Source: Squalus acanthias (Eukaryota). From it: a DNA stretch of 64,000 nucleotides. The stretch lies in the NCBI GenBank assembly GCA_030390025.1, contig JASTWF010000351.1, positions 124,001 to 188,000 on the forward strand. The letters are read 5' to 3'. Positions 24,891 through 35,300 of the stretch are shown piece after piece (position 1 is the first letter of the stretch; each line of letters starts with the position of its first letter). The notes under the pieces are model-generated. The model saw only the letters and a program-made list of their open reading frames with translations. It did not search any database and was not told where the DNA came from. Position numbers and translations under genes: made by a program.

Positions 24891-25610
24891 CTAACAGAAT
24901 GTCAGAGCTCGGATTCTGATGTATCTGAGAGAGCGACAATGTATTTCTCGATCACCAGCAACAGGGTTCTGGAGAACTCAACGCACCGAAACAAAATAAG
25001 CGATTTTTGAAATGTGTTCTTTCAGACTTCTCACCTGGTGCCTGTAATAGATGCACTTTGTGAAACTGCTCACAACCTCACAGTCAGACTGTGTTTCCAC
25101 TGTTCATTGTCCAAGAACAACAGACACGGTGAGATTGGAACGGAATCAGGAACATTCACTACTGATTTGGATGAAGAAAGCAGCAATGATTTGAAAGAGC
25201 GAGGTGATTTACTTTCTATGTTACCTTACACTGTCCACACACAGCCCGAGAATGGCCTCTCCCTTCCCCCACTCACTCCATGTTCCGGAACTAGTTCCTG
25301 TTCCACTCTGCCTTTTACAAAGAGCCCCCGGCTGCCGCTGAACTTACCCCGACTCAAAGCCCATCTGCGGACACAGTCCCAGTGCGATGTGCTGCTGTGA
25401 GGAGGCTGCTGTTTGCTCCCTTACTCGGGCCCGAGATATCTCCACTCCCTGATGTGTTCAGCGATCATCAGTCGAGCACAGAGGAAACAGCCCCCGCTGG
25501 CAGAGCTGGGGGAGGGGATCCCGCTGGGGCCCTTCCTGTCGCTTTAATCACTGTGTGGGGAGAGGGGGAGGAGCAGGCAAGTGTTTATCACGCATGCTCA
25601 GACCTGTCTT
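24891..25610. repeat. Segment present as a diverged inverted copy at 61389-62090
   Basis: For example acagaatgtcagagc..ggat.ctgatgtatctgag and ccttacactgt.cacacacagcccgagaatggcctctcccttcccccactcactccatg are found reverse-complemented. Confidence 0.88.
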
Positions 25611-25637
25611 CTGACGCAAATTAAAAGAAGCAAAGGG

Positions 25638-25755
25638 AACAACAACTTTGAATTTATATAGCAACTTTAATGGAATAAATCGTCGGAAAGAGCTTGACAG
25701 GAGCGTTATCAAAGAAACATTAGCACCGAGACAGATAAGGAGATATTAGGAGAGG
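25638..25755 (-). mobile_element. Decayed L2-type LINE 3' end
   Basis: Minus strand ends gctatataaattcaaagttgttgtt, resembling L2-type tails (recognition only). Confidence 0.45.
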
Positions 25756-27092
25756 AGAAAGCGACTCTGGACATACGTCAGTTGCTGCCGGTGAGTGTGA
25801 GAGCGACGAGAATCCTGTCCTTTGGAGCGATTTGTTTCCCCAATACTGTATGGAAGGATGGAGAGGAACAGGCTCTGTCAATCTCTGACACTGAACTGCT
25901 GGTGAGTGGGGAGTTCATTCAGTCTCTGCCTGTCCCCGCTGGGTGAGTAGGCGACAGAAACCTGACAAGTTCCCGGGCCTGTGCGATGTCACCCCAGGTG
26001 TCTGTCTCTGTGCCTTGTGGACAGGATCAATCCTCAGTCCCTCTATCCCCAGCCCTGCCTGTTATATCTGGATAGATGCTGAACATCTCAGTTTTCGGTC
26101 TATTGAGACCGAGTTCAAGGCAAGTGCGGTGAACAGAATGTCTCATTACTTCTGAGAATAATACTATAATCTAAAAGCAGGCTAGGATCGACACAGCCAA
26201 ACTGTGACACGTTCCTCCCCTAAATCTCGGTAACAGAGAGTGCGTGGACCGCCTGGCTCAGAGTACGAAGTTTAAGACTGATACAGTCTCTCTCTCTCTC
26301 TCTCTGGTTGCTGTCTCTGGGTGTTGAGAGTGGAATGTACAGGACAACAGTTTCTCTTTTCTGTTCCTCAGTTTCGGAGGCGAGAGGGGCGGTGAGATCA
26401 TCATTTCTATTGTCATATAAATCAAACCTATTTCTGCCTGCGAACAATATAATAACTTCAAACCAGATATGGGTGAACACAGCCAGAGCTGTGATTGGCT
26501 CCTGCCCCTGAATCTGGGGAACAGACACTGTGAGGAGCGCCGGCCTCAGAGTGTTTAACACTGACTGAGCTGGGAAACTCCAACTAACCCCGAGAATCGG
26601 CAGCACAGGCCGAGCGGAGAGGAAAACCTGTCCTGGGAACTGTAAATCTGGGAACAGATTGTGCTGTGAATGAGCAGAGTGAACATTGTGTCAGCGAGAG
26701 TGTGTTAAAGGGGCGGGCGGGTTAGACTAATGTCAGTGTGTTTGTGTGTCCGCTCTCATCGCCGGATTTCAGACACCCTATTCAAAGGTAAAATTCAAAG
26801 ATTTCCCTGTCATAGGATCGCCCTGCTCCCCTGATCAGCCCCGAAGTGGGAATTAAACGTGAACTTTTAGTTGATTTCAAATTTCATCCGAAAAACAGCG
26901 AACATTTCAGCGATCGGGTGAGAGAGCGCGATCAGTGCAGCAATGAAACGGCTTTAAATCGAAATTGCTGCCTTTAATTCTGATGAAACTTTCTCGACAG
27001 CAAAGATCCCGGTCTTCGAGACAGAAAGAGTCCAGTCTGGGAATCTGGAGTGCCCGAGTTTAATTGGAATCGGAGAGTTAATGAGGAGAGAG

Positions 27093-27166
27093 AAACACAG
27101 AGAGGCTGGAGGGGCCGGGTGCTGACAGCAGGATGTCTCCGCCCCGTCCCCTCGCTGCCTTTAAGT
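27093..27166 (+). promoter_or_regulatory. H1 promoter: AC box (AAACACA), GC-rich element and weak TATA (ctttaag)
   Basis: aaacaca at 27093-27099 upstream of the H1 ATG. Confidence 0.65.
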
Positions 27167-27243
27167 TGCTCTGTGCCGCCGCCTCTGGTTTCATTTCTGA
27201 CCCAGCTCTGACTGTCAGAGAGATTTTCTACAGAGTCGCGGAC

Positions 27244-27876
27244 ATGACTGAGACTGCAGCCGCCGAAACGGCTCCTCCTGCCGCCGCCGCTCAAACCAAC
27301 GCTCCCAGCAAGAAGAAGAAGGCGACTCCCCGCTCCAAGACAACCGGTCCCACGTTGGGCGAGCAGATCCTCAAGGTTGTGGCGAGTGGCAGCGGTCGCA
27401 AGGGGCTGTCCCTGGCCGGCAAAAAGAAAGCTCTGACTGCCAACGGCGTCGATGTGTTGAAGCTCCGGTCCCTGATCAATTTAAGCATCAAGAGGAAAGT
27501 GGGAAACGGCTCCCTGGAGCAGACCAAGGGCACGGGCGCTGCGGGGTCCTTCAGGCTCGCTAAGAAGGAATCCCAGCGGAAAGAGGGAAAGAAGGTGAAG
27601 AAGCCAACAGCCAAGAAATCTGCAGGGAAGAAACCAGCAGCCAAGAAATCCCCAGCCAAGAAACCAGCAGCCAAGAAAACGATCACCAAGAAGGCAGCCA
27701 CGTCAAAAAAGACAGCGAAAGCGGCGGCTGGGAAGAAGGCGGCGGCGAAGAAGCCCAAGAGCCCCAAGAAGGCCACAGGCGGACTGGTGAAGGTGGCCAA
27801 GAAGGTGGAAAAACCGAAGGCCAAGGCCAAGCCCAAATCAGCAAAGTCTCAGAAAGCAGCGACGAAAATAAAATAA
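27244..27876 (+). CDS. H1: Histone H1, replication-dependent, 210 aa
   Basis: MTETAAAETAPP start, globular domain ending GSLEQTKGTGAAGSFRL, Lys/Ala/Pro-rich tail with SPKK and SPAK; stem-loop downstream. Confidence 0.95.
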   Translation: MTETAAAETAPPAAAAQTNAPSKKKKATPRSKTTGPTLGEQILKVVASGSGRKGLSLAGKKKALTANGVDVLKLRSLINLSIKRKVGNGSLEQTKGTGAAGSFRLAKKESQRKEGKKVKKPTAKKSAGKKPAAKKSPAKKPAAKKTITKKAATSKKTAKAAAGKKAAAKKPKSPKKATGGLVKVAKKVEKPKAKAKPKSAKSQKAATKIK

Positions 27877-27907
27877 AAAAGACAACTTGTAAACATCTGA
27901 ACCCAAA

Positions 27908-27948
27908 GGCTCTTCTCAGAGCCACCAACGTCTTTCCAAAAAGAGCTG
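27908..27948 (+). terminator. Histone 3' stem-loop (GGCTCTTCTCAGAGCC) and purine-rich HDE
   Basis: Stem-loop 27908-27923 followed by ACCA; aaaagagctg at 27939-27948. Confidence 0.93.
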
Positions 27949-28608
27949 GTCGCGGAATCAGACGATCCATGTCCCGGGGCCGGGCTCAGATTCCCGATTG
28001 AAATCATTTCAAATGAACCCCGGCTCCCTGGTGACTCGCTGACATTCGCTGCAACCATCCCTCGTCCAGTGTCTGCAATAAAACACAGAGAGAATGGGCT
28101 GTCCGGGCCGGGCCTCACTCTAACTGGTGGGGTGTTCGGCTCCAGTCTCAGTTCATGGTCATTTTCAGTTCACAGGTTCAGGGTGAGAGTCTCTGTGAGA
28201 CGCTGACACTGGCGGAGATACACCGCGTCACAACTCAAACCCCAACACATGAGATTCTCCAAATCAGCTGGAATAAGGTGTTTGTAAACTGCTGAACTCG
28301 TCTGTGAGGGGAAGTGTGGGGAGATGGAATAAGGTCAGAGATTGACATGGAAGGAGACGGGTTGAATTGTGATAGAAGGGACAGTATATAGGCGGGAATA
28401 TTACTGATTGTTAATTGTAACAGGACCTTATTTAAAAGATTGTGGTTTCAGGAAACCCTTGAATATGAAGTCCGAGTCTGTAAGGGTTTGTGCGGAGCGC
28501 TGTTTTCGGTCCTATTGTCGATAAACGGTTTGAAATTGGCGATTGGAGAAAGCTGGAGGTGGAGCTGGAAGATCAGAGGCCGCTCTCTGCTCTGTCTGTC
28601 ACTCTTGA

Positions 28609-29088
<480 letters not shown>

Positions 29089-30070
29089 TAAACTCGACCC
29101 TTTCTACCAAACACAACACAAAGGCTCTTTTAAGAGCCACCCACCGCCTCACAGAGAGAGCAGTGACCTGGGAATGGGAGCGGGGGTAGATTGAGCTGAA
29201 ATATTGATTGTGGTCAGAAATATTAATAACAGATTTGCGCTGTGTTCTGGATTTTGGAATATCCGAATTTAGCTTTCGGTTGCGCCAGGTTTATGGAGAG
29301 AATTATTTCCTCAGACGGCAGGTTCTCCCCTCAGTGAAAAGCCACATCGCATCTATACATTTGTTCATTGTGTTGTTATTCTGTTATGAATATAATTGTA
29401 ATAATTAGATGGCTGGTCGGGCAGTTGAATGGAAAAGAGTCCAAATTGTGAGGCTATTTCCCTCAATTCCAATAAGCGAATTAATCTAAAATCTAATTTC
29501 CAGGGAATGATTTTAAAATCTCTTATTCTCGGTTCACCGTCACACTCTCCTGTCGCTGTACCACGAACAGGTTTAATTTGTCAGCCTCTTATCTGTAACA
29601 GGCGGCAATAAGTCTCCATTCAGCAATCTAAAATGTGCCGAGTGTCAGGTCGCTCACTGCACAGTTACCGAATGACAGATTATTGGCCGTGCCCTTCTCA
29701 CAGGCTCCACAGGGACAGAGAGAAGCGACTGATTTCTGATCCACTCCCCTGAAAGCGGCGGCTGACGTCACAATCGGACGGGCGGAGGGAAAATCTGAAT
29801 GGGCTGGAGAGGAGAGGGAGAGGAATAGAGTGGAAGAGCGGGAGATTGGCGCGGGTTCCTTTCCCCGCTCCTGTCAGCATCAACAGCACAGAGTGCGGGA
29901 AATGGAAAGGCCCTAAAGCACCAAGCCGAGGAAGTTACATTTAAAACGTTCAATGATTCTGGTAATGGTCATTTCAATATGTGCAGAATAGAATCGATTC
30001 GTATCAAAACGGTTATTTCCTGCACTAAAATTGGCGGACTTTTTGAAATGGGCGATTAATCACAGCTCAG

Positions 30071-30187
30071 CCAATCGGGGGCTGCGATTCCAGCTTTTCA
30101 TTGACTGGTCAGAGTTGGGTTTAAAGTGGGTGGGCGCCGGTCTCCAGCCAATCAGTGCTCGGGGCGGTCCCTCTCTGAGTATAACAA
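30071..30187 (+). promoter_or_regulatory. Displaced H3 promoter (CCAAT at 30071 and 30148, GC box at 30161, TATA-like gtataa)
   Basis: Ends in tgagtataacaa, which is duplicated at 39546-39557 just upstream of H3. Confidence 0.8.
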
Positions 30188-31265
30188 AAATGAGAAGTCG
30201 CACAACACCAGGTTATAGTCCAACAGATTTATTTAATTTTACAAGCTTTCGGAGCAGTTCGCTCCTTAGTCAGGTAAGTTAGCAATGAGAGAATCTCCCA
30301 GAATTCACAATTTAAACACAGACAAAATCTATTCACATCTTTCCCAACATCAAAGAGCACAGCCAAGACAATGAGATGTGTCCCAGGGGGTCCAACGTGT
30401 CAAACCACCTGCTGGCTGCATATCCTGTCAATTTGTGTAGGTTCTTGTGTTAGTCTTTTTAAAAAAAAACATCTGGGAAGACCGGCCATGATGTCAAGTC
30501 ACGTTCTGTATTGTGACATGAACCCGATATCGCAATTGAGGCCATCCTCATGAGTGCGGAACTTGGCTATCGGTTTCTGCTCTATGATTTTGCGCTGTCG
30601 TGTATCTCGAAGGCCGCCTTGGAGAACGCTTACCCACAGATCCGAGGCTGAATGCCCCTGGCTGCTGAAGTGTTCCCCGACTGGGAGGCAACCCTCCTGC
30701 CTGGCGATTGTTGCGTGGTGTCCGTTCATACGTTGTCTCAGTGTCTGCATGGTCTCGCCGATGTACCATGCTCTGGAGCATCCTTTACTGCAACGTATCA
30801 GGTAGACAACGTTGGCCGAGTCACATGAGTATGTACCGTGTACCTGGGGGGTAGTGTCCTCACGTGTGATGATGGTATCTGTGTCCATGATTTGTCATGT
30901 CTTGCAGAGGTTGCCGTGGCAGGGTTGTGTGGTGTCTTGGTTGCTGTTCTCCTGAAAGATGGGTAATCTGCTGCGAACGATGGTACTTTTGAGGTTAGGC
31001 GGCTGCTTGAAGGTGAGTAGTGGAGGCGTGGGGATGGCCTTAGCAAGGTGTTCATTGTCATCGATGACATTTTGAAGGCTGCGAAGAACATGGCGTAGTT
31101 TTTTCCGCTCCGGGGAAGTACTGGACGACGTAGGGTACTCTATTGGTTGTGTCCCGTGTTCGTCTTCTGAGGAGGTCTATGCGGTTTGTCGCTGTGGCCC
31201 GTCGGAACTGTCGATCGACGAGTCGAGCATCATATCCCGTTCTTACGAGGGCGTCTTTCAGTGTC

Positions 31266-32018
31266 GCCCTCGTAAGAACGGGATATGACGCTCGACTCGT
31301 CGATCGACAGTTCCGACGGGCCACAGCGAAAAACCGCATAGACCTCCTCAGAAGACGAACACGGGAGACAACCAACAGAGTACCCTACGTCGTCCAGTAC
31401 TTCCCCGGAGCGGAAAAACTACGCCATGTTCTTCGCAGCCTTCAACATGTCATCGATGACGACGAACACCTTGCTAAGGCCATCCCCACGCCTCCACTAC
31501 TCGCCTTCAAGCAGCCGCCTAACCTCAAAAGTACCATCGTTCGCAGCAGATTACCCATCTTTCAGGAGAACAGCAACCAAGACACCACACAACCCTGCCA
31601 CGGCAACCTCTGCAAGACATGCCAAATCATGGACACAGATACCATCATCACACGTGAGGACACTACCCACCAGGTACACGGTACATACTCATGTGACTCG
31701 GCCAACGTTGTCTACCTGATACGTTGCAGTAAAGGATGCTCCAGAGCATGGTACATCGGCGAGACCATGCAGACACTGAGACAACGTATGAACGGACACC
31801 GCGCAACAATCGCCAGGCAGGAGGGTTGCCTCCCAGTCGGGGAACACTTCAGCAGCCAGGGGCATTCAGCCTCGGATCTGCGGGTAAGCGTTCTCCAAGG
31901 TGGCCTTTGAGATACACGACAACGCAAAATCATAGAGCAGAAACCGATAGCCAAGTTCCGCACTCATGAGGATGGCCTCAATCGCGATATCGGGTTCATG
32001 TCACAATACAGAACGTGA
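31266..32018 (+). pseudogene. PLE ORF C-terminus (RT thumb/linker plus GIY-YIG endonuclease), premature TGA at 31908-31910
   Basis: ORF track 31143..31910; the left arm shows the read-through C-terminus RKIIEQKPIAKFRTHEDGLN. Confidence 0.88.
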
Positions 32019-32239
32019 CTTGACATCATGGCCGGTCTTCCCAGGTGTTTTTTTTTAAAAAGAATAACACAAGAACCTACACAAATTGACAGGATATGCA
32101 GCCAGCAGGTGGTTTGACACGTTGGACCCCCTGGGACACATCTCATTGTCTTGGCTGTGCTCTTTGATGTAGGGAAAGATGTGAATAGATTTTGTCTGTG
32201 TTTAAATTGTGAATTCTGGGAGATTCTCTCACTGCTAAC

Positions 32240-32278
32240 TTACCTGACGAAGGAGCGAACTGCTCCGAAAGCTTGTAA
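32240..32278 (+). ncRNA. Minimal type-I hammerhead ribozyme motif in the PLE terminal repeat
   Basis: ttac-CTGACGA-a-ggagc(gaact)gctcc-GAAA-gc-T-T-gtaa: stem I ttac/gtaa, stem II ggagc/gctcc, palindromic AAGCTT in place of stem III. Confidence 0.78.
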
Positions 32279-32313
32279 AATTAAATAAATCTGCTGGACT
32301 ATAACCTGGTGTT

Positions 32314-35300
32314 CCTCTTTTTGGTTGGTCAGAACCCAAATTTACTGTAAATCAATTAAAACTTTAAATGAAACTTAATAAATCAAATTAAAATTTGGAA
32401 GTCCGGGGTGACGATGCACTCCAGTCCCCGCGGCGCCCACCGGTCGCGGAACAACTCAAGCGTGCCGGCGGACACGGCGTGCTCCATCTCCAGGGCCACC
32501 CGGGCGCGAACATGGCCGCGGAAGAGAGGCAGGCAATCGGGCCGAACGACCCCCTCGACCGCCCGCTGCCTGGTCCAATTAATGGCTTTCTTGGCCAGGC
32601 CCAGGAGCAGTCCTACGAGGAGGTCCTCCGACCTACCCGCCCCCCTCCGCACCGGGTGACCGTAGATCAGGAGCGTGGGGCTGAAGTGCAACCAGAAATT
32701 GAGGAGCAGCCCCTTCAAATAATGAAAGAGGGGCTGCAACCTCTCACACTCTACATATATGTGAAACACGGACTCCTCCAGGCCGCAGAAATGGCAAGCG
32801 GCCTGGGAGTCCGCAAACCTACTTAACAACCTATTGCACGGGACTGCTCCGTGCAACACCCTCCAGGCCAAGTCCCCAATAGAACAAGGGAAGACTCCCG
32901 CGTAGAGAGCCTTCCAATGGGGACCTTCGCCTCCGCCGGACGGCAGGATGGTACGCCAAGGCGTGTCCGGGCGGCAGACGAAGATGGCAAAGTGGAGAGT
33001 GTGCAGGAGCAGCCCGTACAAGAAACGCCTCCGTGCGGATTGAAAGGGCACGGAGGGCATTTCTCCGAGAAGGCTCAAGTGGTGAGGCGGCGGCTCCCGA
33101 GGGAGGATTCGGGGCCGGGCGCCGATAAGGAATTCCGTCCGAACGGGGGTCAGTTCGGACGGGATCGCCCCACGTGCTTGAGCCTCCTCGACACACCTAG
33201 TGGAGACGGGGCCCAGTGCCACTTTTAGCGACTCGATGGCTTTGACCGCGAGCCGGACGTTGACCCAGGACATGCGCCTCGCCAACTCCTCCGGCGCCAT
33301 CCAGCCCGCTCCTCCGCCATCGAGCAGGTCCCCGACTCTGGTCACCTTACCGGGCACAGCTCTGCCCTCCGCCAGCCAGCCGAACCCGCGGTCGTGGAGG
33401 TGCGGATTCCTGAACAGCGGCTCCCGAAGGACGGCCGCCGCTCCTGACGGGGGAGAACTGCGCTCGGAGGCGACGCTGTTCCAAACCCATAGCAGTTCCT
33501 GGTAGAAGACAGGCAGCTCCCGCAGGCTGGCACGTGTGCCACCCACTCTCACAAACAGCAGCTGCGTGTCGTAATTGAGGCCGTGCAGCTGGCGGAAGAA
33601 ATACGTCGCCAGCACACGCCACCTAGGAGGATTCTCCACGTACAGGTATCTCTGCAGCGTCTGAAGACGGAAAGTCGCCGCCTGGGTGCGAAGGCACACC
33701 AGCGCCTGACCGCCCTCCCTAAGCGGGAGACTCAAAACCGCGGCAGAGACCCAGTGCTTCCTTTTGTCCCAGAAGAAGTCGACGAGCTTCTTCTGCATCT
33801 TGGCGACAAACGCAGGGGGAGGGATCAAAGTGACCAACCGGTACCACAACATGGTGGCCACCAGCTGGTTTATGACCAGTGCTCGACCCCTGTAGGACAA
33901 CACTCGGAGCAGTCCTGTCCAGCGCCCTAGGCGAGCGGTGACTTTGGCCTCCAGCTCTTGCCAGTTCGCCGGCCAGGCGTCCTCGGCCGGGCTGAGGTAG
34001 ACTCCCAGGTAGAGGAGGTGCGTGGTGCTCCAGGCGAAAGGCCCAAACTCCTCCGGCAGGGAGTCCACCTGCCATGGGCCCACCAGGAGTCCAGAACATT
34101 TCTCCCAGTTGATCTTGGCGGAGGATGCATCCGAGTAAATCTGCTGGCATTCTCGCATCCTCCGCAAGTCGACGGGATCCGTGACCGCGAGGAGCACGTC
34201 ATCGGCGTAAGCCGAGAGGACCACCTCCACGCCCGGCCCTTGCAGAGCGAGTCCCGTCAACCTCTTCCACAAGAGGCGCAGGAAAGGCTCCACGCAAACG
34301 GCTTATAACTGACCGGACATGGGGCATCCCTGACGCACCCCCCTCCCGAAGCGAAGCGGCGCCGTCAAAGACCCATTAACTTTAATCAGACACTCCGCGG
34401 CGGCGTACAGAAGTCGGATCCGGGCGACGAAATGAGTCCCGAACCCGAATGCGCGCAGAGTCCCGAAAAGATACTCGTGATCCACCCTGTCGAACGCCTT
34501 CTCCTGTTCTAGGGAAAGGAAGGCGACCGACAGACCAGCCCTCTGGGAATGGTGGACCAGGTCCCGGACCAGATGGATGTTGTCGTGGATTGTCCGGCCC
34601 AGGACCGTGTAGGACTGGTCGGGGTGGATCATGCGGGCCAGCACGGTGCCAAGGCGAGCAGACATAGCCCTGGCGAAAATTTTGTAGTCCGTGCTGAGGA
34701 GGGAGACCGGGCACCAGTTCTTAAGTAGGCGGACATCGCCCTTCTTGGGCAGCAGGACGATGACCGCCCTGCGCCAAGAGAGGGGCATCTCCCCGGTCGC
34801 CAGACTTTGCCCCCAGGACCCGCGCGTAGTCGTCCCCCAAGACGTCCCAGAATGCCCTGTGGAACTCCACGGTCAGCCCGTCCAGCCCCGGGGACTTGTC
34901 CCTCGAGAGCTGGCGCAGGACGCCGGTCAGCTCCGCCAGGCTTAGCGGAGCTTCTAAATTCTCGGCGCCCTCCGGGCCGACCTTCAGCAGGTCCTCCCAC
35001 AAAACTCTGCGCGCATCCTCGCTGGACGGATCCGAAGAGAACAGAGCCCCGTAATAGGCCCGGGCCTCCGCGCTGATGCCCTCCGGATCCGAGACCAGAG
35101 ATCCGTCGTCGGCCAGCAGCCCCAAGAGCTGCTTACGGACCCCCCGTCTTTTTTCCAGCGAGTAGAAGAAGGGGGAGCCGCGGTCCAGGTCCCGCAGGAA
35201 CTGGATCCGCGACCTCACGTACGCGCCTCGGGACCCGACCAGCTGCAGGTCCTTCAGCGCGCCCTTCTTCTCTTCGTACACCTTCCGCAGGGCCGGGTCC

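Larger units (their letters stand above)
30188..32313. mobile_element. Penelope-like element (probably Neptune clade) as two 5'-truncated head-to-head arms forming a ~2.1-kb palindrome; PLE terminal repeat and tail resume at about 39438-39545
   Basis: 30188-31253 is the reverse complement of 31265 onward (11-nt spacer); GIY-YIG motif VVYLIRC..WYIGET..LRQRMNGH; Cys linker CHGNLCKTC. Confidence 0.92.

Noticed and set aside
25014..25624. ORFs in the duplicated segment, similar to ORFs at 61553-62083
   Set aside because: Frames and stops differ between the two copies, so similarity is at DNA level only; it could be a UTR or promoter but that cannot be supported here.
27133..27243. N-terminal extensions of histone ORFs in the track (H1 from 27133, H2A from 41006 and 60139, H2B from 42401)
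   Set aside because: Upstream or non-ATG starts; canonical starts are 27244, 41000, 60193 and 42377.
31058..31375. Near-identical N-termini on both strands (MVVSRVRLLRR...)
   Set aside because: Artefact of reading across the palindrome centre.
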